DNA of 54,952 bases, the filler included, from Catajapyx aquilonaris (lineage: Eukaryota), in assembly GCA_000934665.2 (NCBI GenBank). It is 3 parts of 3 records of this genome, joined end to end, with 100 filler letters (N's around TTAATTAATTAA, not from the genome) between each part and the next. Parts side by side here need not be neighbours in the genome. Positions count along the whole stretch, not along the records: positions 36,709 to 54,952 come from JYFJ02006737.1; 2 more parts are not named here. One strand, 5' to 3'. A model generated the notes under the pieces. That model was not told where the DNA came from and did not search any database. It saw only the letters and a program-made list of their open reading frames with translations. A program made the position numbers and the translations under genes. Position 1 is the stretch's first letter. Each line of letters starts with the position of its first letter. Shown piece after piece: positions 45,792-54,952 of this stretch.

Positions 45792-46967
45792 AAGATGGGT
45801 ACAAGATTAGTCCAGGCAGGGAAAATTATGGTTGGTGCAAATCTGAGGCTAGAAGAGATGTGATTTGGGTTTTTTAAATCCTTTCGAGACAGAGTTGTTC
45901 AAGTGAAGCTGCATCATGGTAGAGCAATATGCCTAATGTCCCCTTACTGGGACAACCTAGTCAAAATTTAAGGGTATTTGGTGAGCGTGAATTGTACTTC
46001 TGAAAGTGGAATTTTTTAGCCATTTGAAGGCCTACCGCACTAAGAGTTTGACGTTCCATGGACTGAGTCAGATGAGGTATGTCTAGTTCTGGAAGAAGTC
46101 TTAACAGTCATGCACTATGTACTTGATAAAATGAACAATTATTCAAATGTTCGTAAATATATTTTACTCTTTGTCAGTAGCATTTAAAAGAACAGAACAT
46201 TTTTAAAAATTCATTCCATTACTCTGGACTTCCTTATACGGTATTCTTAACTAAATCCTACACTCTAGTCAATAATTAGGATATTGTCAATAGCAAGCAG
46301 CTGTTTCAATGCACCATATTTGGGCATGATATACTGCTGTGATAGCGGGGTATTTCATTTGAACAACTCAAAATAAGTTGTCATTCAAAACAGCCACATA
46401 CCATATACACTGTTTATAATAAATATACATCTGGTCCAAAATAAGAGCTGTCATGTAATGGGTCAATAATGACTGTAATTCAGGTCAGTTGTATTAGTAA
46501 CAAGAATTGTTATCTATTCCTTTCAGATTCAGGGTTGATTTTACCGAAGCCTTGAAAGTTGTCAAGGCCTGGTTTTGAGCTATAAAGTGAATGGACACTG
46601 GGAATTGATCCACAATCTCTCAAAATTTTAAAAAGGGGCACTTGTAAAAGACAAATATGAGTGGACTTGACCTGGCGGGGTGCAAAAAGACTTGGGAACC
46701 GCACAAAGTCACAGATTGATGACTTCAGTGATATGTTGTAGTTGGTTTTAGTCACACTGGAATCTTTGCAATGACGGAATTTTAATACGTATTTTTTAGC
46801 TTGCATATGTGATCAGGCTTTTTTGGTTTTGCGACTGATTCTTTGTTCCTGAGAAAGCAACAGTATAATAATTCATAATTCATGCCCCGTTATCAGCCTA
46901 TTGGCTCTTTAGGGGGGAAGTTTTTTGTTTTGCTTGGAACTCTTTGCTTTCATTTTACTGCGCTTTT

Positions 46968-47154
46968 TGGGATAGGATAGGGACGGAATGAAGCGGCTGT
47001 GGCCTTATAATTATGGAAACAACTCCGGAATTTTTCTGGAAGAACCGTGGGAAACCACAGAAAACCACGGTCAGAGTTGCCGGCCCCGGGATTTGATCCC
47101 AGGACCTCCCGATTAGCAGTCGAACACCATATCCCCTACTCCAAACTGCTTCGG
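46968..47154 (-). mobile_element. Second copy of the tRNA-Ser-like SINE, inverted relative to 44328-44555
   Basis: Reverse-complement homology over head and body (cccgattagcagtcg, ccacagaaaaccac, gaagcggctgtggcct). Confidence 0.85.
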
Positions 47155-47982
47155 TCAGAAAGCAACAGTATCAACATTATTAATATTGGAATTTGATATT
47201 GAAAAGAGGCAAAAATGAATAAACCAGTGGTCAGAGCTGCTAGGCATCCCTGCACCAGCATTATTGGTATGTCTGACAGTGCTGTGCACTCCAGCTGCTG
47301 TTGGAAATCCTGGATCACCCATCAGTTGTTAAGTCACTCACACAGATTCGTGTTTTCAATGGGCATGTTCCCACCATTTAGATATGAAAGAAGTGTTGAA
47401 CTTGTCCTTACTAGTTCATATGCATGGCACATTCAGCAATTCATGAAAATCTGAGTTGCATCAGTCGTTAGCCTTGCCCACCTCAGCCAAATTGCCAAAT
47501 AGTTCAGTTACAATAATTGGCAGAGATGGTGGCTAGTGGAGTAGCATCCACTGCAAATTCTGGTGGACTTTTTCATAGATGCCAATTTATTGTTGGCATA
47601 ATTATGTCTTCAACACATCAAAAATTACTAACAGCAGTATTCCAAACATGTTGTTGTATTTAATATAAATATTGAAGGTAGGTTTTTTTTATATAGACCT
47701 ATACAGGGTGAGTCAAATAGTTATTCACAAACTTATGAAGCTGCTATTATAAAGCTACTATATTATCTAAAGCAGAAAAAGTGAGTGGATGTGAGTGGTG
47801 TCCTGATCACAGTTTTTATAAGTGTTTTGTATTTTAAATCACTTACAATGGATGATTGTCCATAGTGTATGACAGTCATCATCATCATACTCATCATAAT
47901 TATGTTCTGTGTGCTCCTTTCCATTGCTTGTGACCCTGTATGGGATGAGCAACAAAGAAGCATGAATTAATGAAAGAATTAA

Positions 47983-48713
47983 CCCCTTCGCTACCAGATA
48001 TGCCCGAACCACACAGATTTTGGATTACACATACTCTGAAGATACACACAAGATATTTTACAAATAATAACAGCTATACTTACCACGTTCAGGGAAAACA
48101 CTATGAGTCTGGAACAATTTTACTCATCTAGAAGTCCCTAAATTAATTTCGAAAAACAAGGCTATAAAAACTCGAAATTGGAATACTGCCAACCAGCTGT
48201 TAGGCTGATTTAATTATGAAATGCGTGGAAATATGTGGAATAACAACCTTGAGAACCCTGCCGGGCGTATTTGCTTACATCATCGTACTTTGCGAGAAAT
48301 AAATTAATACTGATTTGCGGCTTTATGGCACTTTGCGATCGAAGCAACTGGAGTTTTCCAGAGTGCCAGAAATCTGCAAATAAGTATTAATTTATTTCTC
48401 GCAAAGTACGATGATGTAAGCAAATTCGTCTGCCAGGTTCTCAAGGTTGTTATTCCACATATTATGAAGCATTTCATAATTAAATCAGCCTAACAGTTGG
48501 TCGGCAATATTCCAATTTGGAGTTTTTATAGCCTTGTTTTTGAAAATTAATTTAGGGACTTCAAGATGAGTAAAATTGTTCCAGACTCATTCATAGTGTT
48601 TTCCTTGATCTGGCAAGTATAGCTGTTGCTATTTGTAAAATATCTTGTGCGTATCTTCGGAGTACATGTAATCCAAAATCTGTGTGGTTTGGGCCTATCT
48701 GGTAGCGAAGGGG
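47983..48713. mobile_element. piggyBac-like, almost fully palindromic element (731 bp)
   Basis: TTAA-CCCCTTCGCTACCAGATA ... TATCTGGTAGCGAAGGGG-TTAA; arms of about 335 bp. Confidence 0.9.
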
Positions 48714-48922
48714 TTAAGGAGTCTATAGAGAGGTCGGAATAGAGGAACTTTGAAATAGGAACTCGTGTCCTCCAAAGTAATCCTGAGTCAGTAGGAGCCT
48801 GTGAATGTAAGGACCTAATTGTGAACAACTTTCAACTCAACAATGCAAACGGCTCATGGGCCTCGGCACACGTGAATTACAAGCACATGTGACTATAATA
48901 CAAAGGTACAATATGCAATAAC

Positions 48923-49159
48923 TGGACGGTGTTATGCAATAATGAGTCAACCCACATGAAAACAGTTTTGAGAAGAAGGGTTTTGAAGGTTATACCTGTG
49001 AAATTAATTCGGTGTTCTTTTCGGTCATTTATGGCAGACGTATGCAGGTTTCACCAGCGTGATTTTAACTGAATGAAGTAGGATCCTTTAGGTGTACATG
49101 GGCTTAGCTCAATTTTGACATTTTTGTGGGTTGACAAATTATTGCATAACACCATCCAA
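48923..49159. mobile_element. MITE with about 35-bp TIRs
   Basis: TGGACGGTGTTATGCAATAATGAGTCAACCCACA / TGTGGGTTGACAAATTATTGCATAACACCATCCA. Confidence 0.65.
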
Positions 49160-49534
49160 CTGGAGATCACAGTCAACTCATAGTGTTACCAACCCAGTGC
49201 CTCTTCTCACAGTAGGATTATGTCCACAATGTGGTTCCTTATAGTGTATTTGCAGGCTTGTACTGACTCAGAATTACTTTGGAGAACACACATTCCATTC
49301 CAAAGTTGCTATATTCCAACCTTTCTACATGCTCCTTAGGTTTGTGAATAACATTTGGAATCTCCCTGTTGTTGCACCACTTGAATATACCTCTCCCTGC
49401 TGGTTACAATTAACTGAAGTCTACAATAGTCAACCAAATATCAGGGAAAGTCTCAGTCACTTTCCCACTACTGCCTTTACTTTGCCTCTCATTATGATCT
49501 GGCACATGATCATTTCTATGCTTTTTCTTCAGAC

Positions 49535-49781
49535 ACCATGCAGGGATGAATGGATATAGGGTAGAGATGGGGATTTCTGAGGAGGAGACACAGGTGCAAG
49601 TGCAATGTCTGAAAGAGGGTCATGTGCAGCCTCCCTGGAGGTTAGGTTGCCAGACGCCTCCAAGGCACCGGTCAGAGACCCTCCTGACGCAGGCGAAAGG
49701 GAATGTTCGGGTGGGGTTCAAACCCAGGACCTTCCTCACAGCAAGCCGAGATGTTACCGTCTCGGCCACTGCACCTCCCCC
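49535..49781 (-). mobile_element. SINE, family of 40789-41159
   Basis: Colinear with about 40912-41159 (ggtgcaagtgcaatgtc, gtcagagaccctcctgacgcagg). Confidence 0.85.
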
Positions 49782-50660
49782 ATTTCACGTCAACTCTTCT
49801 GGACCCGATATGTTATCGACAGTCACTTAATAGCAATAAAAAACGCATGTAAACTTTCCAGGTTTGGTAAAATCGACTCTTAGACCACTTATTTTTTTAA
49901 ATAACTAATGCAGCAAATGTTCTTTGTTTGAGGCTCTGAAAACAACTCAGGTGAAAGTCCATTTTAAGTTTTGATAATAATGAAACAAGCTGCAGAAGGA
50001 ACCTTTGGAGAGAGAGGAAAAATGCCACTCATGAAAGTATAGATGATGATAGTGCGTAGTAATATGTATTCATCATGGATACGTATAATTTTAAAATGAT
50101 GTAGTGAGCAAAATGCAAAGAGTAAAAAAAATAGTTAATTTGCCTCCTTCACTGTATCCCCTGTAAACCTGCCTTCACAAACTCATGAAGGTTGTGATCC
50201 CCTTTTTTTCCACTCCTTGTATCAAGTTCACTTCATCAAGGTATCAGAAAACTATTTCTGTTTGCAATGTGACTGTGGCTTGGTGCAAACTGGGCAATGA
50301 GATAACTGGCAATTGTTCGTGCAATATGTAAAGATTTAGAAGAACCCCCTCTGCCTCCAACTTCCATTTCCTCTACTTGAGCTGTGTATGTTGGATGTCA
50401 CCAGCAACCAAGGAAAAAATACTAGCACTGCTACATATGAGACGTCTTCAGCCAAAATGCATTTGTACACCCTGAAATGTTAACGGTTGCCATTGATATC
50501 ACCCAGTTTGCACCAGACCTTATAGACAGCTGTACCTGCCTCCGTATCGCATGAATTTGATTTATACTAATTTTCTCACTGTGTCCATTTTGATTTTATT
50601 GTCCATTTTCTTCTAAAAGGTAGCTCCCACCCACTGCTTTATCTGAATGCCACCAACTAT

Positions 50661-50817
50661 GGACACCCCAACATGATAAGAGGCTTGCCAAGGCATATAA
50701 TTGCCATATGTCATGCCCTGACACAAAGCACCTTGGAAATTACACTAAGCAAGGCATGATAACTCCACTTCCTGGCAAGCCTCTTAATGAATTGCTGTTA
50801 TCATGTTGGGGTGTTCT
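50661..50817. repeat. Small inverted-repeat element
   Basis: ACACCCCAACATGATAA / TTATCATGTTGGGGTGT and AAGAGGCTTGCCA / TGGCAAGCCTCTT. Confidence 0.6.
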
Positions 50818-52861
50818 TAGTGGAAGGAATTCAGATAAAGCAGTATGTGGGAAAATAGGCAATACTTCTATTTGCACCACAAATGCTCTTGCTTCAGCAT
50901 GGTATGCAATAGTTGCATGGTGCTGGCTACCAGTGAAAAGCTTGTGTCAGGCAAAGGGTCACTGGCTCCAAATGCAAAAATTTTGAGATAATGCATGAGT
51001 CTATACTCTATACTAGAGTATCAGAAAAGTAATGTGTCACAAAAAAATGCTCTTAGCCCAGTTGAAATGCAGGGAAAAGTGAAATGCCGTCTCCACCCCA
51101 GTCTCCATTGCTAGGCTACTCGTGATCTTCCATTTGGAGCTCCCAGAAATTGCAGACTTTCAGTGGCATGCTTTATGTAACATTTAAAAATACAATTTCC
51201 GGTTTTAATTTTTGGGACAGTAGCCCTTCGATGTGGATAAGTTTCATAAGCTTGTTGAGATAATTTTGCAAACAAAATCAGTCATTGATTCAACTGTGAT
51301 GGACACCTGAATTGTTTTATTTTTGTGAGGTCATAATGCATAAAACATAAAACATTTCCACGAAGGAAAACAATCATGTTGTACTGGAAGCCCTAGTGAC
51401 CAGGACGTTACTTTCTGCCTTGGTGCAGTAATTCTAGCAAAGTGTAATATGAATTTGTTAAGAAAGTTTATTATCAGTATGTATCAGGTTACTTCAGTAG
51501 CAGCTAAAGTATTTCATCACATTTGTGATGTTTCAGAAGAATGTTGCATCACAAAATAATGATCTTAGGCACACAAACTAAAATGCGATGAAAATTTCAG
51601 GGAGAGCTTGGTATTTAACTGAAAATAAGCAGATTTTAATGTCTCATAGGAAGTAGATTTTTTTTCCCCTGTGCCAATTTCAACACTGCTGTTTCTTCCA
51701 TCTCCGAATTTCTCCTCCACATCGTAGCAATTAGGCATTTATTTATTTATTTGAACCATTTGCACGTGATATGAAAGGCAGCATTTGCAAGTGGCATTTC
51801 AAAAGACAGAGAAATAGCTGTGAGCATGTACTTGTAGCTTCTACAATATCTTTTTAAATTCGCTACTTGCAATATCTGCATTTTAGATATCACCAAATAT
51901 TTAAAGAAGCGTAGTACTGAATAGCCAAAGTTTCACTCGTAATTTTAGTAATTGTTTTGCAACATCCAGGACTCCTTTTATTTGTCATTAAATGTGATAA
52001 TAATGCTCCAAATTTTTTGGTATACCTGAAAAAACAAAAACAAAAACAAACCCCCCAAAAAAAGCAGAGAAGAGAGGGCCATATTTTACATGCAGGTCCA
52101 ATCCCCCTATTTCTTTTCTGCATTTTGTGTTAATGGTCGTCTTTAAAAATATATATATCAAATACTGTGGCTAAGTACCTGGATAGGTTTTTAAATTGCT
52201 GCCAAAAATTAAGATAGTGACATGTGATGTGTTCAGTTACCCAGTTTCATGTATGAGTGTTTGTATAGGTTTAGGTTGGCACTCAGCATATGAATTAATT
52301 TGTCACACAAATATTAAGGCACACAGAGATTTGTAAAATAGATGCAATGTAGATCACGACACAGAGGAAAATAGTTGCTGTGTAATGGGCCATACAGTAG
52401 GAATAAAAGGGATGAATGTTTATTTAATTGTATTTATTACAATAAATGATTTTATGTTAGTGTGAATGTGAACTTGGTGTTGATCATTTATTTTCCATTC
52501 CTTCCATTTTTTTCAAGACTTGCACAGCAATGACGTTTTAATAATCTACTATCAGAATGTGTGAAATGATTTGGGAATTTTTGGGACTGAAATACAGGGG
52601 TAATAAGGTAGAGTTTTGAGCATCATCATGGAAATAAACTTGGGCAGGAGCTCAAACCCATTCCATGAAAAACAGGTGATCTATGCACCAATGCGAATAT
52701 GCAGTTGTATCATACTTCATAATTTCATGTACTCTACCATAAGAAGTTTATAATTATTATTTGCATTGGAGCACAGGCATCACCAATTTACACTGAACTT
52801 GTTTGTTCTATTGCCCAAGTCACTCTCCATCATTATGCTTGCAACTGTACATGTGTCTGCT

Positions 52862-52935
52862 GGGGGGCATGGTGGTCTAGTGGCTACGCTACTGGCCAGC
52901 CAAGTGGGAAGTCCAGGGTTGAAATCCCAGCCCCG
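52862..52935 (+). mobile_element. Degenerate tRNA-like SINE head
   Basis: GGTGGTCTAGTGG A box and GGGTTGAAATCCC B box; no clean cloverleaf. Confidence 0.5.
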
Positions 52936-53532
52936 TCACCTCGACGTGGTCAACCCCTGTCAGTACCCATTTCCAAGTTGGAATGTTAGCATGATTAATA
53001 AGTTGTCCGTTGTGCATCAGGGAACATTCAAAGAGGTGTAACGGTATATCTGTTGTACTAAATAGAAAATGTCATTTACTTGTTCACATGTTTCCATAAT
53101 ATTCTTAGCTTCCTCATTGCGCAATACGAACTACCTCACCATATGATAATCTCTTCATACTGAATACTAATACAGTACTGTCTAATACATTCAATCATTC
53201 AATTCACAAGAATATGCATGGAGCCAGCTCAGATATTAAAGTGAACCTATATGTAAATGCTTACTGCTACATCATAATACACCACCGTGCAATTGACGTC
53301 GTGTATATTGCACTCGAATAGATCGACTTATAAGGGCAAGAATGAAATACAGTACCGTATGCACCAGCAAAAAATCCTATGACGTAATCAATGCGCAACA
53401 AGTGAAATTGCCACATTCACTATTCTGCATTGTCCCCCTCACCCAATGACGTAGAGAAAATAGACCGCTCAACCGGCGGCCTGGTTGAATCGAATTGAAA
53501 ATTCGGCGGCCATGACTCTATAGACTCTAGAC

Positions 53533-54075
53533 CAGCCCACGGACACTACCCCTACATTCTGGGCCAGCTCACGGACACTTATACTACGTTCTGGCGTTAT
53601 CACCTGCCGAGGCATTTTGCAGTGAGTTCTCACCTGAGACCGCCATGAGACATTTCGGAGCCACGATAAGTGGCGGCCATGTTGGGTCATCATGTAGCCC
53701 TCCCCTTTCGTACCTATAAAGTTCAGCCTTAGTCCGGTAGGGTCGCCACTTATCGTGGCTCCGAAATGTCTCATGGCGGTCTCAGGTGAGAACTCGCTGA
53801 AAAACGCCCCGGCAAGGGGGGTGGGAGTGACCTAACCTGAGTCTTCTATAACCATGTTCTGGGCTTATCACCTGCCGAGGGGTTTTGCACGGCGGCCATG
53901 TTGGGCCCCCCAATGTAGCCCTCCCCTTTCGTACCTATAAAGTTCAGCCTTAGTCCGGTAGGGTCGCCACATAATTGCTCTGGGAAATGTCTCATGGCGG
54001 TCTCAGGTGAGCACCCGGTGCAAAACCCCTCGGCAGGTGATTAGCCCAGAATGTAGGGGTAGTGTCCGTGGGCTG
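53533..54075. repeat. Complex GC-rich foldback with an internal direct duplication
   Basis: Outer IR CAGCCCACGGACACTACCCCTACATTCTGGGC; inner IR of about 50 bp at 53626-53675 / 53744-53795; a block of about 78 bp is duplicated at 53672 and 53891. Confidence 0.75.
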
Positions 54076-54409
54076 CTCTAGACCATGCTCTAGACTGCCT
54101 AGAGAAAAAGAATTGCGGGAAATTTGGCAAATAAGTTTAAAATGAGGCTTTTCTGGGACAGCAAGTTCATAGGGAGATTATATTCAACAAATAATTAACA
54201 ACCTGTTTTAGATTTCGGATTCAGCGTGTCAAAATTGGTCAAAATAGGTTCTAAATTATTCAACTTCCGGTAGAGGCCACTTCTGTTTCCCGGGTTCACT
54301 CTTATCCTTGTACAGGAGGGTAACAAGGGGAAAGCGGTATAGAAGGCGTGGTACGATGTGGGCAAAAGCCCTGGGAAGACCAAGTAAGTTTTAGTCAAAT
54401 GCATTCTGA

Positions 54410-54952
54410 ACCACGGCCAGGCAGCACAGAGATATCGGGCCAATGCTGGCATGTCGGCTGTGCCAATCTTGGGCCAATAACGCATTGTTGTGGGATAAAT
54501 CGGAGAAGACATCGCCGCCATCTCGACGCGGGAAGCTGCCAAGAGGCTATATCGGGGTTAGATCGGCTGCCGTTTTCGGACCGACATTGGCCTTAGACCG
54601 GTAACCGCCACACTGCACTGCTTTCTGAGGAAGTCACATCGGGGTTAGATTTGCTGCCGTTTTAGGGCCGACATTGGCCGTAAACCGGCAAGATCGGCCA
54701 AGCTATGCCCAGTTTCGCTACCATATGGGCCAATATCGTGCCAGTCATGGGCCGTTTTTTTGTGCCGGGTGGCGCGTCCTGCACATGTTTCGAGGGCCGT
54801 TCCGAGCGAATTTATGTACAAACTGCGCTTGATGCGCTTTATATAATGGCACGGTCCCCATCAGCAATCTATATTGGGGCAATATTGGCTACAACATGGA
54901 AACCATTAATGGGCCAGCATTGCCCACCATCATTGGTGCAACGTTGGCCGCT
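54410..54952. repeat. Motif-rich repeat (TTGGCC/GGCCAA/GGGCC units), unclassified and truncated by the window end
   Basis: Many short copies in both orientations; 54551-54602 is partly repeated at 54638-54689. Confidence 0.5.

Overview
Eukaryotic, repeat-rich DNA, most likely from an insect or other arthropod (GT-AG introns, tRNA-derived SINEs, an ionotropic-receptor fragment). No prokaryotic features were found. Two identical 100-bp spacers (44 N + TTAATTAATTAA + 44 N at 18249-18348 and 36609-36708) split the window into three blocks of about 18.25 kb. The blocks share repeat families, so they probably come from one genome, but they need not be adjacent. Block 1 is a tandem array of five single-coding-exon MATH-BTB-BACK (SPOP/roadkill-like) genes. 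Two are intact, one is C-terminally frameshifted, one is N-terminally frameshifted and one has several lesions. Their MATH domains are highly divergent while their BTB domains are almost identical. The array is followed by a relic of a sixth copy, a divergent ionotropic-receptor fragment and an inverted copy of the array's putative 5' leader exon. Block 2 is a dense nest of MITEs, foldbacks, mini-Helitrons and a truncated LINE. It also holds candidate exons of an unrecognised polyQ gene, two of whose putative splice acceptors were hit by TE insertions. Block 3 contains the last four coding exons of TMEM62, with TE-filled introns and 3' region. The best candidate for an undescribed system is the diversified MATH-BTB (Cul3 adaptor) array. 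All family assignments are by eye; no searches were run.
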